This document shows positions 55,974 to 64,000 of a stretch of 64,000 nt of DNA, one piece after another. The stretch spans positions 15,393-79,392 of the forward strand of contig JBIOIZ010000002.1 in assembly GCA_044450385.1 (NCBI GenBank), in the 5' to 3' direction. Position 1 is the stretch's first letter; the number at the start of each line of letters is the position of its first letter. A program made the translations under genes and the position numbers. The notes beneath the pieces were generated by a model. The model was not told the DNA's origin. It saw only the letters and a program-made list of their open reading frames with translations, and did no database searches. The stretch comes from Candidatus Dormibacteria bacterium. Its GTDB lineage: Bacteria > Chloroflexota > Dormibacteria > Aeolococcales > Aeolococcaceae.

Positions 55974-57272
55974 ATGAATGCCGCCGGGGGCGCAGCCCGC
56001 CTGCCACGCCTGCTCTGCATCATGGGGTCCGGCGAGACCACGCCGACGATGGTGTCCGTCCACCAGGATCTGCTCTCGAGGCTCGGGCAGCGGCCAGTGC
56101 CCGCGGTGCTCCTGGACACGCCGTTCGGCTTTCAGGAGAATGCCGCGGACATCAGCGAGCGCACCGTGGCGTACTTCCGTGATCGCGTCGGATTTCCGAT
56201 CAGCGTGGCGTCCTTTCGGAGTCGCGAGCAAGCGACCCCCCTCGAGTACGAGACCATGCTCGCCCGCGTCGCTGAAGCGCGCTACGTCTTTGCCGGCCCC
56301 GGAAGTCCGAGCTACGCACTCCGCCAGTGGCTCGGCACGGCCGTCCCGGACCTGCTCGCGGCGAAGCTGCGCGACGGCGGCTGCGTGACGTTCGCGAGCG
56401 CCGCGGCGGTCGGCCTCGGCGTGTGCTCACTTCCGGTGTACGAGGTCTACAAGGTCGGCGAGGAGCCGCGATGGCTGGACGGCCTCGACCTGCTGAGCGC
56501 TACGGGACTTCGCGTGGCGGTGGTGCCGCACTACAACAATGCAGAGGGCGGCACCCATGACACCCGCTACTGCTACATGGGCGAGCGCCGCCTGCGCATG
56601 CTGGAAGAGCTCCTTCCCGACAGCGTCGACATCCTCGGTGTCGACGAACACACGGCGGCGGTATTCGATATCGATGCCGGGTCGGTCTCGATACGCGGGC
56701 GCGGCGGGGTCACGTGGCGCCACAGGGGAGCATCGCAGCGATTCGAGAACGGCACGACGATGCCGATCAGCGCGCTTGCAGCCGGCATGTCGTCGCCGGG
56801 CGATGCCGCTCCCGCAGGGACGAGTGGCGGTACATCAGTCAATCTCGAGGACGCACTCCCGGCCGCGGCATCGCCATTCCTCGAAGAGGTGACCCGGCAG
56901 TCGGACGCCGCCGACAGCGCGCTTGCGACCCGAGACGTCGATGGCGCGGTCGGTGCGGTGCTGGCGATCGACTCGCAGATCCACGATTGGGCTGCCGATA
57001 CCCTCGACTCCGACGAGCAGGACCGGGCACGCGAAGTGCTCCGCCGTTACGTGGTGCGCCTCGGCGACCTCGCGCGCAATGGACCCACCGATCCGCGCGA
57101 CCTGGTGGGTCCGGTCGTCGACCGGATTCTCGAGCTCCGCGTGCAGATGCGAGGCGCCGGAGAGTACGAGCTCGCCGACAAGCTGCGCGATGTGCTGCTG
57201 GAAGCAGGGGTCGAGGTGCACGACACTCCGGCTGGTTCCACCTGGGAGTTCGCACCGGTGGCCGCCGGCTGA
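55974..57272 (+). CDS. Hypothetical fusion protein: peptidase-S51/class-I-GATase-like N-domain plus a CysRS-C-terminal-like helical tail
   Basis: Trimmed to ATG 55974. N-domain LLCIMGSGETTP...FAGPGSPSY...FASAAAVGLG. C-terminus RGAGEYELADKLRDVLLEAGVEVHDTPAGSTWEF resembles the recalled CysRS C-terminal pattern. Both assignments are tentative. Confidence 0.55.
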   Translation: MNAAGGAARLPRLLCIMGSGETTPTMVSVHQDLLSRLGQRPVPAVLLDTPFGFQENAADISERTVAYFRDRVGFPISVASFRSREQATPLEYETMLARVAEARYVFAGPGSPSYALRQWLGTAVPDLLAAKLRDGGCVTFASAAAVGLGVCSLPVYEVYKVGEEPRWLDGLDLLSATGLRVAVVPHYNNAEGGTHDTRYCYMGERRLRMLEELLPDSVDILGVDEHTAAVFDIDAGSVSIRGRGGVTWRHRGASQRFENGTTMPISALAAGMSSPGDAAPAGTSGGTSVNLEDALPAAASPFLEEVTRQSDAADSALATRDVDGAVGAVLAIDSQIHDWAADTLDSDEQDRAREVLRRYVVRLGDLARNGPTDPRDLVGPVVDRILELRVQMRGAGEYELADKLRDVLLEAGVEVHDTPAGSTWEFAPVAAG

Positions 57273-57285
57273 CCGCCGGCATGGG

Positions 57286-59637
57286 TCAGGCGGTGGCCTC
57301 GCCACGCTCCTCAGGAGCGAGCTCCATGTGACGTGGGCGACCGAGCCAGTATCCCTGACCGGCCGTGACCCCGAGCGCGGCGAGCCGATCCGCGGTCGCC
57401 TCGTCCTCGATCCCCTCGGCAATGACGGTCGAGCCGGAGCTGCGCGCGTAGGCGACGGTCGCCTCGATGACGGCACGAGCTCCACGTTCGACGCAGGCCT
57501 GGGTGATGCTCTTGGCCACCTTCACGAATTCCGGGACGGCTGCGGCGAGCAGCTCGAGCGTGGAGTGGCCTTCGCCGATGTCATCGAGCGCGAACTGAAA
57601 GCCGTGCTCGCGATAGCTGGCGAGCACCAGCCTGAGGCGCTGCTGGTCGGCGATTGACTCGCGCTCGGTGATCTCGAGCACCATCGTCTCCGGGTCACGA
57701 CCAGCCCAGCGGGCGAGCAGGAGCATGTGATCGACGGGATGGAGCGGATCAAGGAGCATCGCCGCTGAGACGTTGAGGAACAGTGGATCCGACGGCGGGA
57801 GCCCGGAAGCGGCCGACATTGCGATGCGCCTGCAGATCCAGTCGATTTCCTTGGTCACCCCACGACGGTGCGCCAGCGCGAACACGTCCTCGACGCCGTC
57901 GACGGGGTCGCGCAGGCCGGGGACGCGCGCGAGCGCCTCCCACCCGATCGCCTTGTGATCACTGAGGAGCACGATCGGCTGGAACACCGCCTGGATCACG
58001 CGCCGCTTGCCGAGGATGGCGTCCAGCATGGCCCCGGCGTCACCGCCGCCGCGCACGAGGCTCGGGAGCGAGCGGTCGCTCGCGACCACGACCCGGTCGC
58101 GCCCATCCTTCTTCGCCTTCGAGAGGGCTTCATCGGCCGCGATCCAGAGCGCGTGCACGCCGCCACCGCCTGCGGCCACGCCCGCACTGATCCGGGCTTT
58201 GCCATGAGGGAGCGCGACTCCGTGCAGCGAGGTGCGCATCCGCTCGGCGATCGCCACCGCTTCGGCCTCGGTAGTTGCATCCATGATCGACACAAACTCG
58301 TCACCGCCGATGCGGAGCAGCTGATCGCCCGCGCGCAGCTGCGCGCGCAACGTCCGTGCCACCTCGATGAGCAACATGTCGCCGGCTTCGTGGCCGAACT
58401 CGTCGTTGATCGGCTTGAGGTGGTCGACGTCGATGGCGACCACCGCGGTTGCGCCGGTCAGCTCCCCGAGGCGCTCCTCGAATGCCCGCCGGTTCCCGAC
58501 CTTGGTCAGCGGATCGGTCGTAGCGTGCAGCGCCTTCTCCTCGAACAGACCGGCACGCGCCACCGCCACCGCGGCCTCGTCGGCGATCGCCTGGACCACG
58601 GTCAGGTCATGCGTATCCCATGCCCCGCGGCGTGCATGTGAGATGAGCACGAGGACACCGATCACGCGTCCACCTGCGGCGCGCAACGGCGCGGCGACGA
58701 CGCTTCTCGAGCGGCGCCCACCGCCGAGGCTCTCGAGCTCGGCGAGATTCGATCCCGGCATTGACGCGTATGCCTGCTTGATGTCGCGAGGCGTCCTGAG
58801 CATGCAGGGTTCGCCGGTCGAGAACACGCGCCCGATGACTCCTTCGCCCGGTGCCATGACCACAATCGGCCCCGACGCCGGTGAAACCCCGGCGGGCCCC
58901 AGGATCAGCGGGAGTGTTGCGAGGCCCCCCGAAGCCGAATCGAACAGGAGGACCCGGCCCCATGTCGCGTCCGGATACGTCTCATGGCAGCCACCGAGCA
59001 CAGCGGCCGCGACCTCGCCCGAGTCCGTGGTCAGCCCGAGGCTGCGGGCAACGTCCGCAACCGCTCGAAGCCGGCGCGTCTGCGCCTGGTAATGGCGGTC
59101 GGTCAACGACCAGTTGGAATACGCAAGCACGACGATGCCCACCATCAACGCAAGGACCTGGATGAGCTGGTTGACGCCGACTGTGTGAAACAGTCCCGCC
59201 CACCACCAGACCGTTGTCAGTCCACCGCAGGAGGCCACGAGGATGGTCCAGAGCGCCGGCGCTCGTGCAGACGGGTCCACCGTGAGCAGCACGGCGACAA
59301 ACCCAAGCACGATGAGCGGCAACGGATGGCTCAGCCTTGGCGCGGAGAGTCCGAGAATCAACGTGCACAGGGCAACGCTGGTCAGCCCCTGCACCAGCGC
59401 TGCAATCGATGGGCTGACGCGGGCTCCACGACGCAGCCGGATCGTGATCTCGAGCATGACCGCCGCGACGACCACGACCTCGATCTCCACGAAGAGGATC
59501 CGCGGCGGGAGCGAGGAATCGACCAGCTGCCAGCTGGTGATACCGAGCAGCACCGCTGTCGCGAATATCGGCAGCCAGCGCCGCGCGGCGCTCTCGTTTT
59601 GCATAACCCTCTCGAGCAAGAGCGTACGTGGAGCCAT
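57286..59637 (-). CDS. Membrane-bound GAF-GGDEF-EAL signalling protein (c-di-GMP turnover)
   Basis: N-terminal multi-TM region, GAF-like segment, RIGGDEF, then EAL domain (GWEALAR, ALDDIGEGHS). Confidence 0.9.
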   Translation of the reverse strand: MAPRTLLLERVMQNESAARRWLPIFATAVLLGITSWQLVDSSLPPRILFVEIEVVVVAAVMLEITIRLRRGARVSPSIAALVQGLTSVALCTLILGLSAPRLSHPLPLIVLGFVAVLLTVDPSARAPALWTILVASCGGLTTVWWWAGLFHTVGVNQLIQVLALMVGIVVLAYSNWSLTDRHYQAQTRRLRAVADVARSLGLTTDSGEVAAAVLGGCHETYPDATWGRVLLFDSASGGLATLPLILGPAGVSPASGPIVVMAPGEGVIGRVFSTGEPCMLRTPRDIKQAYASMPGSNLAELESLGGGRRSRSVVAAPLRAAGGRVIGVLVLISHARRGAWDTHDLTVVQAIADEAAVAVARAGLFEEKALHATTDPLTKVGNRRAFEERLGELTGATAVVAIDVDHLKPINDEFGHEAGDMLLIEVARTLRAQLRAGDQLLRIGGDEFVSIMDATTEAEAVAIAERMRTSLHGVALPHGKARISAGVAAGGGGVHALWIAADEALSKAKKDGRDRVVVASDRSLPSLVRGGGDAGAMLDAILGKRRVIQAVFQPIVLLSDHKAIGWEALARVPGLRDPVDGVEDVFALAHRRGVTKEIDWICRRIAMSAASGLPPSDPLFLNVSAAMLLDPLHPVDHMLLLARWAGRDPETMVLEITERESIADQQRLRLVLASYREHGFQFALDDIGEGHSTLELLAAAVPEFVKVAKSITQACVERGARAVIEATVAYARSSGSTVIAEGIEDEATADRLAALGVTAGQGYWLGRPRHMELAPEERGEATA

Positions 59638-59683
59638 GCCGCGAGAGATGGGCGTGACAGCCTTGTGTCCGGTTCCTCAGAGG

Positions 59684-60175
59684 TCAGGGGTTTCGCACGG
59701 ATATTGATCCGGTGAGCGCCTGGCCGATCACCTGCGAACCGTTCATGGGGGAAAGGACCAGCTGCACCGTCCCCGGGGATCCGGCGTCGAACAGGAGCTG
59801 CAACGGGGCGCTCGACTGGCTGGTGAGCTCGCCGCCGCACGCTTTCCAGCCACCCGCATCCGCGATGAACGGCTCCTTGTCGACGTTCTGGAAGATTGCC
59901 TCGACGGGTGTGAGCGGCCCCTGCACCAGGGCTCCGACACAGAGCTGTCCGATCACCGTGTCACCCACGTTGTCGACGGACACGTCGATCTCCACGCGCT
60001 TGCCGGCTGCTGCGGCGGTCGGCAGCGCGCCACTGATGTCCGCCATCGGGGGTCCTGCAGTTGCGAAGAGGGGCGTGATGACTCCGAGGAAGAGCCCGAG
60101 GAGCACAATGCCGACGACGACCAGGAACACGGTTCGAGGGTTGGCGCTGAGCCAGCGTCGGACCGAAGCGAGCAC
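59684..60175 (-). CDS. Hypothetical membrane-anchored protein
   Basis: 163 aa with one N-terminal TM helix, then a beta-rich extracytoplasmic domain. Starts 5 bp after the mutase stop. No family recognised. Confidence 0.55.
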   Translation of the reverse strand: MLASVRRWLSANPRTVFLVVVGIVLLGLFLGVITPLFATAGPPMADISGALPTAAAAGKRVEIDVSVDNVGDTVIGQLCVGALVQGPLTPVEAIFQNVDKEPFIADAGGWKACGGELTSQSSAPLQLLFDAGSPGTVQLVLSPMNGSQVIGQALTGSISVRNP

Positions 60176-60180
60176 GCCCT

Positions 60181-61890
60181 TCAGATCGTGGCCGGCGGCT
60201 GGTATTCACCGAACACGGACCGCAGCGCGCCACAGATCTCACCGAGCGTCGCTTCGGCTCGAACCGCGTCGAGGATTCGCGGCATCAGCGTTTCGTCGGA
60301 CGAGGCGGCGTTCCTGACTGCGGCGAGCGCCGACTCGACAGCCGCCGGGTCACGCAGGGCGCGGTACCTCGTCAGCCGCTCTGCCTGTTCCGCCATCGCG
60401 CGAACGTCGGGCCGGAACAGCAGGGGCGCTTCGCCCTCCTCGGTCTCGGTATGGCGGTTCACGCCCACGATCACCTTGTCGCCGGCTGCGACCGCCCGCT
60501 CGGTGCGATACGCCTCATCCTGGATGCGCTGTTGCATCCAACCCGCCTCGATGCACGCCACCGCACCCCCGAGCTCGTCGATCTCATCAAGCAGCCGCGT
60601 GGCGTCACGCTCGAGCTCGTCGGTGAGCCACTCGACGAAGTACGAGCCACCGAGCGGGTCAACGGTGGTGGTCACCCCGGTCTCCTCGGCGATGATCTGT
60701 TGCGTTCGAACCGCGATGCGCTGCGCTTTCTCTGTGGGAATGGACAGCGCCTCGTCATAGCACGACAGTGCCAGTGACTGGACGCCGCCGAGCACCGCAG
60801 CCAGCGCCTCGATGGCCGCGCGCACGATGTTGTTCTCCGGCTGCTGTGCGGTCAGGGTCGAACCGCCGGTCTGTGTGTGCGTCCGCAGCATCAGCGAGCG
60901 CGGGTCACATGCACCGAAACGTGTGCCCATGATCCGCGCCCACATGCGCCGCAGCGCTCGGTACTTCGCGATCTCCTCAAAGAAATCGATGTGCGTGTTG
61001 AAGATCCACGACAGCTTGGGAGCGAAGTCGTCAACCGCGACACCACGATCGACGGACGCCTGGACATACGCGCATGCATTCGCAATGGCAAACGCCATCT
61101 CCTGCGGGGCGGTGCTGCCGGCTTCGCGGATGTGGTATCCGGAGAGCGATATCGGGTTGAACCTCGGGGTGTTGACAGTGCACCAGACGATCAGATCTGC
61201 CGCGAGGCGCAGCGATGGCCTCGGTGGATAGATGAAGGTGCCCCGGGCGATGTACTCCTTGAGCACGTCGTTCTGGACGGTTCCCATGATCGAGGCCGTG
61301 TCGAGGCCCTGACGTTCCGCGGCGACGACATACATGGCGACGAGCACGGGCGCCGGTGCGTTGATGGTCATCGAGGTGCTCACCGCGCTGAGCGGAATGC
61401 CCTCGAAGAGGTCCTCCATGTCGCGCACCGAGTCAATGGCGACCCCGACCTGGCCGACCTCCCCAAGGCTGCGCGGATCATCGCTGTCCAGGCCCATCTG
61501 CGTCGGGAGGTCGAACGCGACCGAGAGCCCCGGCTGGCCCTGTGCGAGCAGGTAGCGGAACCTCGCGTTGGCGTCAGCAGCCGTACCGTACCCGGCGTAC
61601 TGGCGGATGCTCCAGAGGCGACCTCGATACATCGTCGGCTGGATGCCGCGGGTGAAGGGCGGCACACCCGGGAACCCCTCATGACGAAGCCGGTTGTGCC
61701 GCGCCAGTTCGGCCTCCGTGTAGAGCGGTTCCACCGGGATACCGCTGGCGGTTTCGAAGACATCTTTTCGTTCACCGCGCGCGCGCGCCGGCTCGAGAAT
61801 CGTGTCCTGCCACTCGATGAGGGCCTCGATGAAGTCCGGCTCTCCTCCGTCCACCGTCACGGACGACGCAGCATCCTCATCGGCGGCCAT
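60181..61890 (-). CDS. Methylmalonyl-CoA mutase family protein, large catalytic subunit (no B12-binding domain)
   Basis: Trimmed to ATG 61890. FTRGIQPTMYRGRLWSIRQYAGYGTA and SVAFDLPTQMGLDSDDP. About 569 aa, ending before any B12-binding domain. Confidence 0.85.
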   Translation of the reverse strand: MAADEDAASSVTVDGGEPDFIEALIEWQDTILEPARARGERKDVFETASGIPVEPLYTEAELARHNRLRHEGFPGVPPFTRGIQPTMYRGRLWSIRQYAGYGTAADANARFRYLLAQGQPGLSVAFDLPTQMGLDSDDPRSLGEVGQVGVAIDSVRDMEDLFEGIPLSAVSTSMTINAPAPVLVAMYVVAAERQGLDTASIMGTVQNDVLKEYIARGTFIYPPRPSLRLAADLIVWCTVNTPRFNPISLSGYHIREAGSTAPQEMAFAIANACAYVQASVDRGVAVDDFAPKLSWIFNTHIDFFEEIAKYRALRRMWARIMGTRFGACDPRSLMLRTHTQTGGSTLTAQQPENNIVRAAIEALAAVLGGVQSLALSCYDEALSIPTEKAQRIAVRTQQIIAEETGVTTTVDPLGGSYFVEWLTDELERDATRLLDEIDELGGAVACIEAGWMQQRIQDEAYRTERAVAAGDKVIVGVNRHTETEEGEAPLLFRPDVRAMAEQAERLTRYRALRDPAAVESALAAVRNAASSDETLMPRILDAVRAEATLGEICGALRSVFGEYQPPATI

Positions 61891-61967
61891 GACCGCAGCA
61901 TATCGTTGTGTCACGAGCGCGCGAACTCGTTCGCGGCCGTCCTGAACCTGTGCAACACTCCCCGGGG

Positions 61968-62810
61968 ATGGCGCTTCCTGTGACCACGTCGCTCGTCGAG
62001 GAATCAGCGGCCCGGCTCGCAGCCGGGGGCTGGCACTACACTCGCCGGCAGCTGTACTACGCCACCTGCGCTCGCGCGGAGACCACCCCCGGCAACGCCG
62101 CATCCAATGGCGAGATCGGTCTCGGGGTGCTGATGATCCTCATCGGCTTGATCCTCATCGGCATCAAGGTGCTGTTCGCGCTGTTCGTGACCCTGGGTGT
62201 GGCGCTCATCCTCACCGGAATCCTGGGGAGGCTGCGCCGTCCGACGGTGACGGGGCGGCTCCTTGCGCTCTCATTCGACGAATTCGGCGCTCGTTTCGGA
62301 TCGCTCGACCCGGACGGCCTCATTCCTGACTCCGTCCCTGCCGCGCCGGCAGCCGCGGTTGCGGAGGCCACGATCGTCACCGACACGCGTGATACCGCGG
62401 CGCTGATCGCCGCGAACGCGGTCCGCGCGGAGCTCGGCGCGGTCAAGATCATCGTGGCGAATGACGGCCACACGCCTGATCGAGGGACGCGAGCGATCGT
62501 GCTCCACGATGCCTCTCCGCGCGGCTGCGCCCTGGTGCTCGACCTCAGGGACGCCGGCGTCGAGGTGGTTGACGGGGGCCTGCGTCCTCGCGAGGTCGAC
62601 GGGCCGTCGCATCAGGTGATCGAGGGTGCACCCGCACGCCTGCCTCGAGATCTGAGCGTCCTGCTGGACGGTGACGAGATCGACTGGCTTCTCAGTGGCC
62701 GGCGAGTCGAGCTCGCGACGCTCCCGTCGGAGGCGGTGATGGACCGGGTCCGCGCCGCCGTCAGCGAGGCTCCACGGCTTCGCGGCGATGCCCCGCAGCC
62801 AGCTCGCTGA
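61968..62810 (+). CDS. Hypothetical membrane protein
   Basis: Trimmed to ATG 61968. N-terminal WHYTRRQLYYA segment, two TM helices, and a roughly 170-aa C-terminal domain. No family recognised. Confidence 0.5.
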   Translation: MALPVTTSLVEESAARLAAGGWHYTRRQLYYATCARAETTPGNAASNGEIGLGVLMILIGLILIGIKVLFALFVTLGVALILTGILGRLRRPTVTGRLLALSFDEFGARFGSLDPDGLIPDSVPAAPAAAVAEATIVTDTRDTAALIAANAVRAELGAVKIIVANDGHTPDRGTRAIVLHDASPRGCALVLDLRDAGVEVVDGGLRPREVDGPSHQVIEGAPARLPRDLSVLLDGDEIDWLLSGRRVELATLPSEAVMDRVRAAVSEAPRLRGDAPQPAR

Positions 62811-63762
62811 GCATCTCGGGCGATACTTCGCTGCCCGACGCCGCGGCGACGCGGCACGCCGTCACGGCCCTGAGCGTTGCCGTTCGCCGGCCACCCTCGA
62901 GCAGCGCACGCTCGCCGAGCACCGTCCCTGGTCCGACCTGAGCCACCGGCTCCCCATCGACCTCGACCGAGAGAACGCCGTCGAGGAGCAGGTACATGTC
63001 CTTCCCCTCGTCGCCCTGGACGACCAAGGTCGCGCCCGACTTGGTCGTCTCGATGCGCGGTTTGACGCCGCCACGCATGATGCGAAGTGAGAGTTCGCGC
63101 TCCAGCGCCGTTTCGACCTGCGTGACCAGCGCCGGTGAATCCTCGTCACCCCAGGGCGTGTGCCTGCCGAAAGCGTGCTGGTACCAGCGCTTGAAATCCA
63201 CCAATCCGGACTTCTGAGCGAGATTGCCGTCACCGTCGTAGACCCAATGGCGCGGGAATGGACTGGCGCCGGTGAGCTCATGGTGCGACGTCCCGTCCGA
63301 GGAGATCGTGAGCGTCAGGCTCGTCCACGCGAGGGGTGCCGCGAGTTGGACGAATGGAGGCCGATTCACCTTGCGCGGTGCCGGAACGCCGGTCCGTCCG
63401 CCGGCGGTCTGGGTGAAGCGAACCCAGCCGTCTCCCACGACGGGCGCCTGACGCTTGTCGGGGAACGGAACCGCGGCGATCGTCATGCCGCGACCGCCGA
63501 GACTGATCGTCGTTGAGCCGATCTCCCCGGCTCCACTCTGGCCGTGATCGACGATCCGGCCGTTGTCGACCTCGATCCACGCGCTCAACTGATTGGCGAA
63601 TCGAAAGCGGTCCGCTTCCCGGAGCGCGGCCAGCGACTCGATGTGATCCGGAGGCGGGTCGTCGTAGTGCGCCAGGCCCATCTCGAATGGGAGCTTGGTG
63701 GTGCCCTGAACAGCCTCGGATGGAATCCACGAGATGGACGTGACTGACGATTCGATGCGCAT
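62761..63762 (-). CDS. Cyclic-nucleotide-binding domain protein with an unknown N-terminal domain
   Basis: C-terminal cNMP domain VVQGDEGKDMYLLLDGVLSV...GERALLEGGRRTATLRA. The N-terminal roughly 220 aa is unassigned. Confidence 0.75.
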   Translation of the reverse strand: MRIESSVTSISWIPSEAVQGTTKLPFEMGLAHYDDPPPDHIESLAALREADRFRFANQLSAWIEVDNGRIVDHGQSGAGEIGSTTISLGGRGMTIAAVPFPDKRQAPVVGDGWVRFTQTAGGRTGVPAPRKVNRPPFVQLAAPLAWTSLTLTISSDGTSHHELTGASPFPRHWVYDGDGNLAQKSGLVDFKRWYQHAFGRHTPWGDEDSPALVTQVETALERELSLRIMRGGVKPRIETTKSGATLVVQGDEGKDMYLLLDGVLSVEVDGEPVAQVGPGTVLGERALLEGGRRTATLRAVTACRVAAASGSEVSPEMLSELAAGHRREAVEPR

Positions 63763-63906
63763 GTCGTACCTCCGTTTCGCGAATCATGGCGGCCGTGCGG
63801 AATGTGGTCGAGGGTGCCGGGACCACAGGTCACGGTGAGGATGACCCCCGCACACCGTGGTGGCTGCCCCCATGTGCATCTCCCAGTCGCTGACTACAGT
63901 TGGTTC

Positions 63907-64000
63907 ATGCCCCCGGAGCCGTCGATTCGCGTCGTGCTCGCGGATGACAATCTGATCGTGCGGGAGGGAGTGCGTGCGCTCCTCGCGATATCCGGAGATG
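63907..64000 (+). CDS. Response regulator (NarL/LuxR-type receiver start), partial at the window edge
   Basis: MPPEPSIRVVLADDNLIVREGVRALLAISGD. Truncated by the end of the window. Confidence 0.7.
   Translation, partial: MPPEPSIRVVLADDNLIVREGVRALLAISGD

Noticed and set aside
1-64000. CRISPR arrays, rRNA genes, transposases, integrases, toxin-antitoxin pairs or known defence-system signatures
   Set aside because: None recognised. No spaced short repeats and no recombinase- or defence-like domains appear in any translated ORF. The only nuclease-like gene is the small HNH in the NHEJ locus.

Overview
Visibly high-GC, densely coding chromosomal segment of actinobacterium-like character (about 70 CDS and 1 tRNA). 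I saw no rRNA, CRISPR array, transposase or integrase. All family calls come from motifs read in the supplied translations and recalled family signatures; no searches were run. Many long ORFs in the track are antisense artefacts of the GC bias, and several real genes had to be trimmed to internal starts. The track prints GTG/TTG starts as M.

Content in order:
- MpaB-like protein; a peptide/nickel-type ABC importer, with SBP and two permeases convergent on two ATPases; a lipase-like hydrolase; PPK2; a GNAT; tRNA-Asp(GTC); a NUDIX protein; an MshC-like ligase.
- DAHP synthase operon; a degenerate sigma-like protein.
- A six-gene minus-strand chain: Rpf-like, NudF, RGG-tail protein, HAD, AT-richer HTH, DinB.
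- Acyl-CoA dehydrogenase followed by a small insertion and gene-decay zone.
- AIM24, pyrE, gcvPB/gcvPA, DedA, a methyltransferase, an EF-G paralogue, dienelactone hydrolase, a DUF5679 zinc ribbon.
- A translationally coupled gyrB-plsX-gyrA-DUF885 block.
- An expanded NHEJ locus: LigD, DUF4232 lipoprotein, HNH, Ku, a ligase paralogue lacking all catalytic lysines, and a guanidino-modifying-fold enzyme.
- An OmpR/HK pair followed by a di-haem membrane protein, a NuoF-like protein and a ferredoxin.
- YceI; GT2 / Ser-Thr-rich anchor / ApbE; a LysM-SLT protein; QueG; an unusual fusion protein; a GGDEF-EAL protein; an acyl-CoA mutase large subunit; a cNMP-binding protein; and a partial response regulator.

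Best candidates for something undescribed:
- The Ku-linked pseudo-ligase module (44365-46304).
- The plsX gene wedged between gyrB and gyrA.
- The truncated sigma-like protein.
- The NuoF-like/ferredoxin/di-haem chain, together with the ApbE cluster that lacks a recognisable flavinylation substrate.
- The 419-bp insertion that duplicates the 3' end of the acyl-CoA dehydrogenase gene.
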